From an uncultured Candidatus Saccharibacteria bacterium (GTDB lineage: Bacteria > Patescibacteriota > Minisyncoccia > UBA6257 > JACOXY01): a stretch of 64,000 nucleotides of DNA. Where the stretch lies: positions 25,722 through 89,721 of the forward strand of contig CAYHMC010000004.1 in the NCBI GenBank assembly GCA_964357615.1, given 5' to 3'. How positions within the stretch are numbered: the stretch's first letter is position 1; each line of letters begins with the position of its first letter. The translations under genes and the position numbers were made by a program. Under the pieces are notes generated by a model. The model saw only the letters and a list, made by a program, of their open reading frames with translations. It did no database searches and was not told where the DNA came from. Positions 28,674-38,351 of the stretch are shown here, in pieces.

Positions 28674-29143
28674 ATAGCTTTTAGTTCAAGCGCGCTCCTA
28701 GCGCCACTTGAGATTAAATATCCCATTCCAGCCATCGCAAATGCAAAAAGAGCAATAAAACCGGCGAGTATTATTATTGCTTTTGCTAGCTGTTTTTTAT
28801 TTTCAATAAGTTCATTTCCATATTGCTTAAGCGCACTCCAAACCACAATTGCCATAAAAGGCAAAAACATAAAAACATGTTCTTTTGTTTCCGTGAATAC
28901 AAGATGCGCCCATGGATTAGGGCCTCCTTTAATTACCGCCTTAACTACATCTTGATAGTTATGTAGGTAATAATAACCTCCTGATAACCACGATATAAAA
29001 AACATAACCACCCCGATAAGAGCAACTTTTGTGGCACGTCGTATGCGATTCTCTGTCGGACTTAACATCTCTACTGCCACCCAAACAAAAGCAATGGCAC
29101 CAAGTTCTCCGAACGCTGCGTGTATACCGATTAAGTAATTCAT
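28670..29143 (-). CDS. membrane protein
   Basis: 157 aa with 4 TM helices. Confidence 0.5.
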   Translation of the reverse strand: MNYLIGIHAAFGELGAIAFVWVAVEMLSPTENRIRRATKVALIGVVMFFISWLSGGYYYLHNYQDVVKAVIKGGPNPWAHLVFTETKEHVFMFLPFMAIVVWSALKQYGNELIENKKQLAKAIIILAGFIALFAFAMAGMGYLISSGARSALELKAI

Positions 29144-29232
29144 ATTTATACTTAAATTATATGTCTTAATCTAAAATCAATCAAAGTCCTAAATTATTCA
29201 ATTATAATTAATTCAAAATTTTAATGTGTAAA

Positions 29233-29634
29233 TTATTTATAAACCAAATTTTTGGCTATAAAATATACAATCACAGAAACAGAGCTTGAGAGTATTGTCC
29301 CCCAAGCCATATCAACGACCGTCATTAAAAGTGACCAATCTTTTATAGTTGCAAGATTTGTTAAGTCATAGGCAGAATATGATACAAGCCCAAGTAATGC
29401 ACCAAATAAAAGCGCGTGAATCCACGATGATTTCTCTAGTGCTGGCTCCACAACAAAAAGAACAATACCAATAATAAATAGTAAATAAAAAGTGATTGCT
29501 GCTCCCCAATTAATATCTGGTCGCATTAAATAACCAATTTGCTTAGCATAAAAACTTTTAGCTATTATACCAATCCAAAGCATATCAATAACAAAATAAA
29601 TTGGTAAAGTGAGCAAATAGAGTTTAAAAAACAT
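29233..29634 (-). CDS. membrane protein
   Basis: 133 aa with 4 TM helices. Confidence 0.45.
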   Translation of the reverse strand: MFFKLYLLTLPIYFVIDMLWIGIIAKSFYAKQIGYLMRPDINWGAAITFYLLFIIGIVLFVVEPALEKSSWIHALLFGALLGLVSYSAYDLTNLATIKDWSLLMTVVDMAWGTILSSSVSVIVYFIAKNLVYK

Positions 29635-29724
29635 ATATTTATTATAACATTTGGCAAATTTTTTATACTTGAAAAAAATACGAATAAAAATTACACTATT
29701 GCAATATTAATCTTATAAATACAT

Positions 29725-30345
29725 ATGAATCCAAGATTAAAACTTTTGATATTATTTCTTGCCCCAATAACGCTTGTTGTAATTTTTAGCTTTATAAACG
29801 AGCAATTAATTATAAGCTCAAAAGGTTCTTTAGCGGCCACAATAGAAAAAAATGCATCGCTTTCATATGTGTTCCCAGATAGTACGAAAACAACCGATTG
29901 CCAAATCCGAGGACCACTACCTGACCCAGATTGTACACCAGGTGATGTTTTTCCTGGAATAGACAAAGAAATCATTTGCGTAAAAGGTTATACAAAAACA
30001 GTAAGAAATGTTTCTGTAAATCTAAAGAAAAAAGTATACGAGGCATATGGCATACCATATCCACAGCCCAGAGGCTCGTATGAAGCAGATCACTTAATTC
30101 CGCTAGAGCTTGGTGGCAGTAATGATTTTGAAAATCTGTTTCCTGAATCTGAAAATCCAAGACCAGGCTTTAGAGAGAAAGACTTGGTTGAAAACTATTT
30201 AAATCATGAAATGTGTGCAGGGCGCATAAGCCTATCGGCTGCCCAGCAACAAATAGCCAAAGACTGGCTAACGGTATATGAAAATCTTTCTCCTAGTACA
30301 GTTGATGAATTGAAAAAAGAATTTTTAAAATATACTAACAACTAA
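29725..30345 (+). CDS. secreted/membrane-anchored HNH endonuclease-like protein
   Basis: N-terminal TM/signal. 'YEADHLIPLELGGSNDFENLFP' is an HNH-type motif (H..GG.N..NL). Confidence 0.5.
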   Translation: MNPRLKLLILFLAPITLVVIFSFINEQLIISSKGSLAATIEKNASLSYVFPDSTKTTDCQIRGPLPDPDCTPGDVFPGIDKEIICVKGYTKTVRNVSVNLKKKVYEAYGIPYPQPRGSYEADHLIPLELGGSNDFENLFPESENPRPGFREKDLVENYLNHEMCAGRISLSAAQQQIAKDWLTVYENLSPSTVDELKKEFLKYTNN

Positions 30346-30352
30346 TAAAATA

Positions 30353-30386
30353 AAACACCCCCGCAATGCGGGGGTGTTTTATTTTA
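30353..30386. terminator. bidirectional terminator
   Basis: AAACACCCCCGC aat GCGGGGGTGTTT followed by TATTTTAT. Confidence 0.75.
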
Positions 30387-31946
30387 TGGAAGTTGTGGAA
30401 TTGGAAGATTTAATTCCGGACAAACAATCATATTTATTTTCCATTTTGTAGTCTTGTATACATACTGAGTAGGAGTCTTTTCTGTAGGAAGTCCGTGTGG
30501 AACCCAAGGAAGAAGAACTTCTTGCCAGTACTTAACCTGGAAATTATCTACTGCTTTTTCGGTAAGTTTTCCGTAAAAACCAGTTACTGGCAAACCTGCG
30601 TTCATGTGGCTGTTCAAGAAACTCTGAAGCTTTATTACCTGTTCACGATCATTCTTTTTGCTTATTCGCAAATAATCTCGTAGATACAATGTGCAAGTTG
30701 AAGCACCCAATACTTCTCCAGGTGTGCTTGTTGCTGCAACTGAACCTGAACCACCGCCACCTGAATAATTAACATATCCTTCTGCTGGTTGAGCTGAGCC
30801 CACTCCAGGATTGATACTACCTCCGGTGCTACCCCCTCCTCCACCGCCACCTCCTCCACCTCCGCCACTTGTTGTAACTGGAGTTGGTATTGGGGTTGGG
30901 GTTGGTTCATTCACGGGAGTAGGACTTGGTTCGCCAGCTGGCGAAGGGGTTGGTGTTGCTACAGGACCTGAACCTCCTCCTCCATTTGATGTTGGAGTAG
31001 GTGTTGGCAATGATGTAGGACTTGGTGTTGGTGTTGGCGATGGTGATACTAATGAAACATTATATGAAATGCAGTAAACATCACTTGGAATAGTGGTGAA
31101 TTTCAAAAACTCTAGGTTATCACCATTTACAGCATCGTTATAACAACGCATTGCTCCAAATTTTGAAAGGTTATTATTTTGAATTCCGCTCAACCAAACC
31201 AATTTTTGACTAAATAAATTATTTTGAAGTGTGCTATTTAAATCGCTAGTTGATATATTTATCTCACCATTCGTATTTGTTGGACCAACAATTTGAGTGT
31301 TATTTAACTGTTCTTCGTCGGTTGATATCTTAAAGCTAGTTCCTGCTAATCTTGTGCAAGATTCCGGAATTTCTGAAACTGCAACTGGTTTTTGTGGAAA
31401 TGGATTTAAAAAGTGAGGAATTGAAGCGAGATAATTAATAAAATTTGTAAAATTTCCATCGGTATCATCAAGCTTATCTGCATCTGCATTTCCAGAAATG
31501 ACATTATAAGATGGACAAACAACCTGAACGATATGGAGGTTTGCTGATGGTGTTGGAGAGACTGATGGAGTTGGTGAAGCTGATGGTGTTGGAGAGACTG
31601 ATGGAGTTTGTGAAGCTAATGGTGTTGGAGTTGCTGTAAGGGTAACTGCCGGTGTTGTGACTGGAGTAGATTCCGGAGTTGGTGTTGGTGAAGGTAGAGG
31701 GGTTGGTAATGGTACCGGTGTTGGAGTTACGCATGAGCCATTGCAATCATTATGATTGTTATGATTTTCATCATGATTTTCATGATCATGATTATTTTCA
31801 TGTTTATCATTATCTACAAAAGCATTAACAACTGAAATATCAGAGTTAAAAACAGCTAAAGTTGAAAATGTGCCGAAAACAACAATTAACCCAAGAGCTA
31901 ATAGTGATTTAATATTAATTGTATCTAGTCTATTTTTGTTTATCAT
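30384..31946 (-). CDS. cell-surface protein with His-rich segment, Pro/Thr/Ser linkers, poly-Gly tract and C-terminal peptidoglycan-binding (PG_binding_1-like) domain
   Basis: N-terminal [19 protein letters not shown], (SPTP)n linkers, [13 protein letters not shown], and C-terminal '[31 protein letters not shown]'. Confidence 0.55.
   Translation of the reverse strand: MINKNRLDTINIKSLLALGLIVVFGTFSTLAVFNSDISVVNAFVDNDKHENNHDHENHDENHNNHNDCNGSCVTPTPVPLPTPLPSPTPTPESTPVTTPAVTLTATPTPLASQTPSVSPTPSASPTPSVSPTPSANLHIVQVVCPSYNVISGNADADKLDDTDGNFTNFINYLASIPHFLNPFPQKPVAVSEIPESCTRLAGTSFKISTDEEQLNNTQIVGPTNTNGEINISTSDLNSTLQNNLFSQKLVWLSGIQNNNLSKFGAMRCYNDAVNGDNLEFLKFTTIPSDVYCISYNVSLVSPSPTPTPSPTSLPTPTPTSNGGGGSGPVATPTPSPAGEPSPTPVNEPTPTPIPTPVTTSGGGGGGGGGGGGSTGGSINPGVGSAQPAEGYVNYSGGGGSGSVAATSTPGEVLGASTCTLYLRDYLRISKKNDREQVIKLQSFLNSHMNAGLPVTGFYGKLTEKAVDNFQVKYWQEVLLPWVPHGLPTEKTPTQYVYKTTKWKINMIVCPELNLPIPQLP
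31543..31630. repeat. 36-nt tandem coding repeat (2.4 copies) within the surface protein gene
   Basis: GCTGATGGTGTTGGAGAGACTGATGGAGTTGGTGAA repeated. Encodes SPTPS(A/V)SPTP linker units. Confidence 0.7.
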
Positions 31947-32103
31947 ATTCTTTAAATTTAGTTAAAATATATTATTTGCCAGTTCCGTTTAAATTGTGAA
32001 CATATAATATCACAATATATACTATTTTGTCAAGGGGCTAGCAAAAAACCCTTATAATAAGGGTTTTTATATGATAGCTATACTTTAAAGTTAATCTTAG
32101 ATT

Positions 32104-33447
32104 TTAAAGTCCATTTTTTGTTAGAACTTTTTCTGGGTGAAGACCAGAGGGATCAGTGTGTCCAAAATTAAGTGATTCTCCTAAAGAAATTAAATTATCT
32201 CTAACCTCTGTCCAAGATGAACCACTATGAGTAGATAAATATAATGCTGCTGCACCAGAGACATGCGGAGATGCCATGCTTGTTCCGCTTATTGTATTAT
32301 AACCACCTCCTTTCCATGTGGAGTAAATATTAACTCCAGGCGCACCAAGATCAATTTCTCCTCCATAATTACTAAACGAAGCAAATGTATCGTCCGCACC
32401 ATAAGATGTAGGAGCTCCAAGGCTATCAGACTTTCCATCAGAGTCTGAAAGAGCAGATACCGTAATAACTGCATCATTATAAGAAGCAGGAACAGACATT
32501 GCTGTATTTCCGCTTTCGTTTCCAGCCGCAACAACATAAGTTACCCCAGCTGAAACTGACCTACAGATTGCCTGATGCAATGCATCTCCATTTGTATTTC
32601 CACAATTATTATCACTTGACCCCCCTCCACCCAAACTCATATTTGCAACTTTAATTCCATATTTACTCGCATTAGCAGTAACAAAATCTATACCACATAT
32701 AACACTAGACCAAGTTCCTGAACCACTTCGATTTAATACTTTAACTGCTAAAAGTTTTGAACTTGGCGCAACGCCAACAACACCTATTGAATTGTTTATT
32801 GCGGCAATAGTTCCAGCAACATGAGTTCCATGTCCATTATCGTCGTTGGCATTTTTTGCTCCTGTTATGCAAGATTTATTAACCGATAAAACATTGCCAG
32901 AAAGATCAGGATGATTAAAGTCAATTCCGGTATCTAGAACAGCCACCACGACACCAGAGCCTATATTTGTACTTGAAGTTTGACCCATGCGACTAACACC
33001 AGAGGGAATTACTTGTGCTGGTTGAGGACTAGCTAGTCTATTTGCTTTTGCGTCTGCATAAACAACACGATCTTCACTAACAAATTTTACCCTCGAATCT
33101 TTTTTTAATTCAACTAAATCAGCATCAGAAATGTTTGCAGAAAAACCTTTTATTGAATGTTTAAATTTAAGTTGCGCTTCAAATTTATGCTTAGAGGATA
33201 ATTCCTCAAAAATATTTTCCAAATCGGAATCATTAACATTATCGTTTAGTACTACAATATATTGCCCAGGAATTTTTTCTTCTTCTCTGCTACTACCATC
33301 TTGCTTTCCAAAAACCTGCGACGAATATAGGCTAACCACAACTAATAGCAAAAGCGCCTCAAAAGTAATCAATATTTTTTTAATTCTCATTTTTATTATA
33401 AATAATTTTAATCTATATAAGTATACATCTAGGATACTAAAAATCAA
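32104..33447 (-). CDS. subtilisin-like serine protease (S8) with signal peptide and propeptide
   Basis: Catalytic triad blocks 'VAVLDTGID', 'HGTHVAGTIAA' and 'GTSMASPHVSGAAAL'. Confidence 0.85.
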   Translation of the reverse strand: MIFSILDVYLYRLKLFIIKMRIKKILITFEALLLLVVVSLYSSQVFGKQDGSSREEEKIPGQYIVVLNDNVNDSDLENIFEELSSKHKFEAQLKFKHSIKGFSANISDADLVELKKDSRVKFVSEDRVVYADAKANRLASPQPAQVIPSGVSRMGQTSSTNIGSGVVVAVLDTGIDFNHPDLSGNVLSVNKSCITGAKNANDDNGHGTHVAGTIAAINNSIGVVGVAPSSKLLAVKVLNRSGSGTWSSVICGIDFVTANASKYGIKVANMSLGGGGSSDNNCGNTNGDALHQAICRSVSAGVTYVVAAGNESGNTAMSVPASYNDAVITVSALSDSDGKSDSLGAPTSYGADDTFASFSNYGGEIDLGAPGVNIYSTWKGGGYNTISGTSMASPHVSGAAALYLSTHSGSSWTEVRDNLISLGESLNFGHTDPSGLHPEKVLTKNGL

Positions 33448-33480
33448 GCTTCTGCAAATTCCAAAATGTTAATAAAAAAA

Positions 33481-33500
33481 TCTTTCTCTTGCGAGAAAGA
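33481..33500 (-). terminator. strong terminator on minus strand
   Basis: TCTTTCTC ttgc GAGAAAGA perfect hairpin, followed on the minus strand by TTTTTTTATTAAC. Confidence 0.6.
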
Positions 33501-33509
33501 CTCTTTATT

Positions 33510-33662
33510 TTAATATTTATCTCCCCTTCCGCCAACTGGCGGATAGGCTGGAATTAGCACCTTATTTTTCGCACATACCTCACATATGTACTGCCCTTTT
33601 TCGTTTACACAAAATTGGTAAATTGGTTGCCAATGGATATAAGGCCAGTTCCAAATCCATCT
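33510..33662 (-). CDS. possible small ORF between the S8 protease and M16-like genes (start codon unclear)
   Basis: The frame ...WIWNWPYIHWQPIYQFCVNEKGQYICEVCAKNKVLIPAYPPVGGRGDKY* has CxxxxxxxxCxxC but no in-frame ATG/GTG/TTG. An alternative 26-aa ATG ORF starts at 33660. The terminator lies directly downstream. Confidence 0.2.
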   Translation of the reverse strand, partial: RWIWNWPYIHWQPIYQFCVNEKGQYICEVCAKNKVLIPAYPPVGGRGDKY

Positions 33663-33770
33663 TCTTGATAAAATATTTTATATATTAATAACTCTTTCGA
33701 GTTACTTAAATTATAGCAAATTATCTAAAAATAGTGCTGTGGATAAATAACAATAAAAATAGGCAAGTTA

Positions 33771-35195
33771 TTATGCTTGCCCTTTGAATTGACTAAAGTC
33801 TAGCGGATTTATTGGTTTCGCCAAGACGAGTCCATAGTTTGGCGGATTAAGAAATTTCCGCGCAGCATCAATGACGCTCTTTTTTCTAACCTTATGCATG
33901 CGATCCTGAAATCTATTTAAATGGCTTGGTGAATCAACGCCGTTTGCAAAATCCTGAGTTATAAGTTCAGCCAAAGTTTCCGGATCATTGATAAAAGCTC
34001 CGGAATAACGATCGGCAATTGGTCTTCTCATAACGGTAAGAGGGCTTCTTCCCATGCGCTTTAATATCTTAATAGCAGCTTTTCTTTCTGCGGATGTCAT
34101 GTATTTGATTTTGTTAGCTACACCATTTAAACCAAAATCCAGAAATTTACCATCATGAATCTTGCGAATTTCTTCAGCTAATACTTCCTCTGCTCTTTTG
34201 GCTCCATCCATAGAAATAACCGGCATCCAAACATACATAGTCCCATGAAGATTGGTTGAGTCTGTCCAAACCCTTGGATGATATGTCCCAAGATGCTGAC
34301 CTGGACTAAGATCTCTAATTGCAAATTGAAGATGGGTTTCTAAAAGTTCGACTAAAACCTCAATGGAGTCAGCGTAAGCACTGCCAAATGGTTCTAACGG
34401 AAACCCAAAAAGCAAGTGGAAAGTTTTATTCTGAGTATCACCATATTCAAACTCTTCGTATAGCCTACCGCTTAACTGAGGATAAATATCTGCACCGGCT
34501 AAAGATATAAGCGAAGGGGCTTGTTTTTCCGGCATATCTCCAAAAGCACGTCTTGCCATACTCATCGCAGTTCTACCATCAGGACCAAGAATAATTATTC
34601 CGATATTCGAGGAAACATAATGCTCGTTATGATATTTAATTAGTTCTTTAGCAACCGACGGTCCCATCAAATGATTTGGATCACAGTCAAAACGGTTACT
34701 CACCGGGTTATTAGGATACAACATCTTAAGGAGTTTCATGCTGGCTCTTTCCTCAATATTATCCTCGCCGTGCAAGGCCCACTCGCATATGACGGCGCTT
34801 TGCTCAACCCGAATAATTTCTTCGGTTGTATGGTGACTCAAATTTGGATATCTAACCATTTGAGCAAACAAAGGAAAGAGATTTAGGATATAGTTTCTTT
34901 TGCGTAATAAACCGCAACCATAGGCTGTATTTGCGTATGTTGTATAAATCCCTGCTCCCCTCCAGTATTCCGATGAATAAGTCCGCAACATTTTTGCTGT
35001 TTCAATAGTAGAGAAATCACGCGTAGAATTAGCAGCAAAATGTTCGAATACATGCGCTCTTCCTAAAAAATTAGGCGGATCTTTTAGAGCTCCGGCTTTA
35101 ACAACAATCGAAACGACATTTGATGTATGATCCGGCTGAAAATATACGGGAATTCCGTTTTCAAGCCGTCGCATTTTAACTTTTTTGACGGACAT
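33771..35195 (-). CDS. divergent M16 (insulinase/pitrilysin)-like protein
   Basis: The inverted zinc motif HxxEH is present as 'GRAHVFEHFAA'. Otherwise divergent. Confidence 0.45.
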   Translation of the reverse strand: MSVKKVKMRRLENGIPVYFQPDHTSNVVSIVVKAGALKDPPNFLGRAHVFEHFAANSTRDFSTIETAKMLRTYSSEYWRGAGIYTTYANTAYGCGLLRKRNYILNLFPLFAQMVRYPNLSHHTTEEIIRVEQSAVICEWALHGEDNIEERASMKLLKMLYPNNPVSNRFDCDPNHLMGPSVAKELIKYHNEHYVSSNIGIIILGPDGRTAMSMARRAFGDMPEKQAPSLISLAGADIYPQLSGRLYEEFEYGDTQNKTFHLLFGFPLEPFGSAYADSIEVLVELLETHLQFAIRDLSPGQHLGTYHPRVWTDSTNLHGTMYVWMPVISMDGAKRAEEVLAEEIRKIHDGKFLDFGLNGVANKIKYMTSAERKAAIKILKRMGRSPLTVMRRPIADRYSGAFINDPETLAELITQDFANGVDSPSHLNRFQDRMHKVRKKSVIDAARKFLNPPNYGLVLAKPINPLDFSQFKGQA

Positions 35196-35287
35196 TTTGT
35201 CCTCAAACTTTTAATGCGCTGTACTTCTTATAATATATCTAAAATTGCATGTCAATTATAAAAATAGCTAAGGTGTAAAATATATTA

Positions 35288-35794
35288 TTAAGTTATTATT
35301 TCTTTGATTTTCAAAGCAATTTCATGAACATTATTGTGTTCTTTTGGTGTAAAAATTTTATTAGCGTATTTTTTATATAATATATAACGCTCACTATAAA
35401 GTTCATCGAAATTATTGTTACGAAGCCCAATAATACCCTTTCTATTTAGGGACGGTTGCCTGCTTTTTATTAATTTAAGCGGGGTATCTAAAAATATAAT
35501 AATTGATATTTTAGACAGATACTCCATGGCTTTTTCACTATAAATCACACTACCACCTGTGGAGATAACTGTTTCACTTAAATCAGAAAGTGCAAGCGCT
35601 ACGCCTTCTTCTGCATCTAGGAATTTTTTCTCACCAAATTTTTCTATAAATTGCTTTGGTGTAAATCCAGTTTGCTTTTCTAAAATCTTATCAATATCAA
35701 TAAATTTAAAATTTAACTCTCTTGCCAAAATTTTACCAACCGCACTTTTACCAGCACTAGTCATTCCTATGATAGCAAGATTATTACAATGCAT
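35288..35794 (-). CDS. aroK: shikimate kinase-like P-loop kinase
   Basis: 'IGMTSAGKSAVGKILARELNFKFIDID' P-loop, about 168 aa. Confidence 0.55.
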   Translation of the reverse strand: MHCNNLAIIGMTSAGKSAVGKILARELNFKFIDIDKILEKQTGFTPKQFIEKFGEKKFLDAEEGVALALSDLSETVISTGGSVIYSEKAMEYLSKISIIIFLDTPLKLIKSRQPSLNRKGIIGLRNNNFDELYSERYILYKKYANKIFTPKEHNNVHEIALKIKEIIT

Positions 35795-36182
35795 AATAAC
35801 GCCAGAATATCACCCTAGTCATATACAAAATAAGTAAGAAAAAAGCTATATAAATTATTACCCTATATGTACAAAAAAAATGTAGGATATTTAACAAAAT
35901 AATTTTGAATTTATACCATTCAGCGCTTAAGGCTCGAAATGGGCTACTATATGAATTGCTTTTGGCAATTTGACGATATTCTCGTTCTTCTCGTTGTTCT
36001 GCTTCAAAATTAACAATAGCTCTAGCTAAATCACTTCTTTGTAATTCAGTTTCCTTTATTTTTGCATCTAAAAGATTTTCAAATGCCAAGGTAAGTGGTA
36101 TTTCAAGGCGATTAAAATAGACATAAACTAGCCCAAAAGTTACAGAAGCTAATAATCCCCAATATGCTATTTTAAATGCCAT
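35784..36182 (-). CDS. membrane protein, hypothetical
   Basis: 132 aa with 2 TM helices. Confidence 0.35.
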   Translation of the reverse strand: MAFKIAYWGLLASVTFGLVYVYFNRLEIPLTLAFENLLDAKIKETELQRSDLARAIVNFEAEQREEREYRQIAKSNSYSSPFRALSAEWYKFKIILLNILHFFCTYRVIIYIAFFLLILYMTRVIFWRYYAL

Positions 36183-36223
36183 ACCAAATTATAACATCAA
36201 AGCTAAATCAAATCTTTATTATC

Positions 36224-37072
36224 TTAATCTAAACTAAAAATCTTTAAAGCATTAAGAGTTGTCTCTTCTGCTACTTTAGAAAAACTTAAATTCTTTAATT
36301 CTGCTATTTTTTTTACAACTTCAGTTACATATATTGGCTCATTGCGCTTGCCTCGATGTGGAATTGGGGTAACATACGGCGCATCGGTTTCTAATAGTAT
36401 ATTTGAAAGTGGGATATTTTTTATTACATCATCATAGTCTTTAGTGAATGTAATAACGCCACCAAAAGAAAAACTAAATCCTAGCTTAAGCAGTTTTTGT
36501 GCATTGTCGGGTGTGCCAGAAAAAAAATGTATTATGCCAGAGGGCGAATTTAATTTTTCCAATTTTGAATTTAAAATATTTATCAAATCGGCAAATGCAT
36601 TTCTACAATGTATCATTAAGGGCTTTTTTAGTTCATGCGCTAGCTCAATTTGCAACAAAAATACTTCTTTTTGTTTATCTTTAGTATCTGTAGTTAGTCG
36701 ATAATAATCTAACCCACACTCTCCAATTGCTACAACTTTTTTATTTTGTCCAAGTTTTTTATAATACTCATAATCAAAATTTTCTCCTCTGCTCGTAAAT
36801 TCACTAGATTCATTTTGATTAATTCCAAGCTCTTGTTTGTCGTGAAATGAAACTTCGGTATGTATTGGATGTAACCCCACGGTAGCATAAACTCCTTCGT
36901 TATATTTATCTGCAAATTCTATTGCTTTAGCTGAAGTATCTTTTTGTGTGCCGACATTTACAATCCAAATTTTTTCATCATGAGCTCTTTTTAAAACTTC
37001 ATCGCTATCTTTATCATAAGCGGCGAAATGAACATGTGTATGAACATCGAAAAATTGTGGTTTGTTTGACAT
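36224..37072 (-). CDS. tatD: TatD family hydrolase/deoxyribonuclease
   Basis: 'FFDVHTHVHF', 'IGECGLDYYR', 'LMIHCRNAF' and 'ETDAPY' metal-binding blocks. Confidence 0.8.
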   Translation of the reverse strand: MSNKPQFFDVHTHVHFAAYDKDSDEVLKRAHDEKIWIVNVGTQKDTSAKAIEFADKYNEGVYATVGLHPIHTEVSFHDKQELGINQNESSEFTSRGENFDYEYYKKLGQNKKVVAIGECGLDYYRLTTDTKDKQKEVFLLQIELAHELKKPLMIHCRNAFADLINILNSKLEKLNSPSGIIHFFSGTPDNAQKLLKLGFSFSFGGVITFTKDYDDVIKNIPLSNILLETDAPYVTPIPHRGKRNEPIYVTEVVKKIAELKNLSFSKVAEETTLNALKIFSLD

Positions 37073-37123
37073 AGTTGAATATTATATTATATAACTTTAT
37101 AAGCAAAATAAAGGAGACGGGCC

Positions 37124-37291
37124 TTGGCAATTCGAAGAGACAAAATTGTTGGCATTAGCATAACATGGGCTTCAATGCTTGGTTATGGCTTTCTATGTCC
37201 GCCAGGGAAAAGCTTTTGGGGTGATATATTTTTTATTTTAGTTATGGTTGCGGGATTATTTACAACTTTAAGAATAAAAAAGTCAGACTAA
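37124..37291 (+). CDS. small membrane peptide (55 aa) with TTG start, not in ORF track
   Basis: RBS AAAGGAGA 7 nt upstream of the TTG at 37124. AIRRDKIVGISITWASMLGYGFLCPPGKSFWGDIFFILVMVAGLFTTLRIKKSD. Terminator directly downstream. Confidence 0.4.
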   Translation: MAIRRDKIVGISITWASMLGYGFLCPPGKSFWGDIFFILVMVAGLFTTLRIKKSD

Positions 37292-37305
37292 CATAAAATA
37301 TAAAT

Positions 37306-37332
37306 AGCGAGGGTTACCTCGCTTTTTTATTA
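37306..37332. terminator. terminator
   Basis: AGCGAGG gtta CCTCGCT followed by TTTTTTATT. Confidence 0.7.
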
Positions 37333-37336
37333 AAAA

Positions 37337-37741
37337 TTATTGACTATGAGAATACGCGCTCATTGCCAAACAGAAAAGCAGGGATACCATGCCCCATACC
37401 ATCCACATATCTGGCAATTGCCTATTAAAATACCAAATCCAAAATACAGACGAAAGTCGTTCTGAAATTAGAAATGTTAAACTTATAATCCAGATTTTAC
37501 CACCGAACCAATGAACCCTACTATATACCCAACAAATAGATAGGAAACAAATCAAGTGGATGGGTAAAAAAAGAAAATAAAAATATAGTCTAAGTGTCCA
37601 AATTGAAGAAATTTTACTAGCAAAAAACGGTATTGTACCAGAAGTTATATATAAATAATTTGGATAAAAAACCGACCAACTAAGCGTTAGTGTAATAATT
37701 GCTGTACAGCAATATACCAAAAACCAGTAGGTTAAAATCAC
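37337..37741 (-). CDS. membrane protein, hypothetical
   Basis: 134 aa with 4 TM helices. Confidence 0.4.
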   Translation of the reverse strand: MILTYWFLVYCCTAIITLTLSWSVFYPNYLYITSGTIPFFASKISSIWTLRLYFYFLFLPIHLICFLSICWVYSRVHWFGGKIWIISLTFLISERLSSVFWIWYFNRQLPDMWMVWGMVSLLFCLAMSAYSHSQ

Positions 37742-37850
37742 TTCTTTTGGCTCCCTAAATTAAAATACTGAACTTAACATAGCAAAGTTGAAATAAGCTT
37801 TCAAGTAATATATATTGATGGAAGTTATTTAACTCTGCACTGAGGAAAAA

Positions 37851-38351
37851 TTGAAAGACATGGACCGTCCTAGAAATTTAGCATCGATACCCTTGGGAGT
37901 AGTTCAAACTCCGCAAACTAAACATGAAGATCGTGATCTAGCAATTCAAAAATCAGAAACCGAAGAAGGTAAAATAAAAATGGCTTTTATTGCTGGACCA
38001 TATATTGGAGATGGTTCATATGTAGAAATTTATAGAAATATTGGGGAAGCTGAACGGGTTGCAGTACACCTTGCAAATCGTGGGGTTTTCTTTTTCTGCC
38101 CACATACTCATACAAGTTTTTTTGGAAGGAAAGCAAAAGCTCCAGAATCCTTTTATAAGGCAATGAATTTTAGATTCCTTAGTTTCTGCGATTTTTTAAT
38201 TGCAACTCCTAGATGGGAAAAATCTGATGGCGCAAGAAAAGTGATTGAGCAATGTATTTTAGAGCGCAAATTAGTATTTGTTCTAAATTCTTTAGACGAT
38301 GCAGAAACTTATGACGAGATTGAAGCCTATGCTAAAAGTGGTAAATCATGA
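37851..38351 (+). CDS. nucleoside 2-deoxyribosyltransferase-like / DUF4406-like protein
   Basis: 'MAFIAGPYIGDG...NIGEAERVAVHLANRGVFFFCPHT' has an Ndt/DUF4406-type N-terminus. An alternative start is at 37980. Overlaps the next gene by 4 nt. Confidence 0.4.
   Translation: MKDMDRPRNLASIPLGVVQTPQTKHEDRDLAIQKSETEEGKIKMAFIAGPYIGDGSYVEIYRNIGEAERVAVHLANRGVFFFCPHTHTSFFGRKAKAPESFYKAMNFRFLSFCDFLIATPRWEKSDGARKVIEQCILERKLVFVLNSLDDAETYDEIEAYAKSGKS

Noticed and set aside
31543-31630. Tandem 36-nt repeats considered as a possible CRISPR array
   Set aside because: The repeats are directly adjacent with no spacers, lie in frame inside a CDS, and encode SPTP linker units. No cas genes are present.
30495-31746. 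ORFs antisense or out-of-frame within the surface-protein gene, including the poly-Pro 30811-31077 (+)
   Set aside because: Artefacts of Gly/Pro/Thr low-complexity coding sequence.
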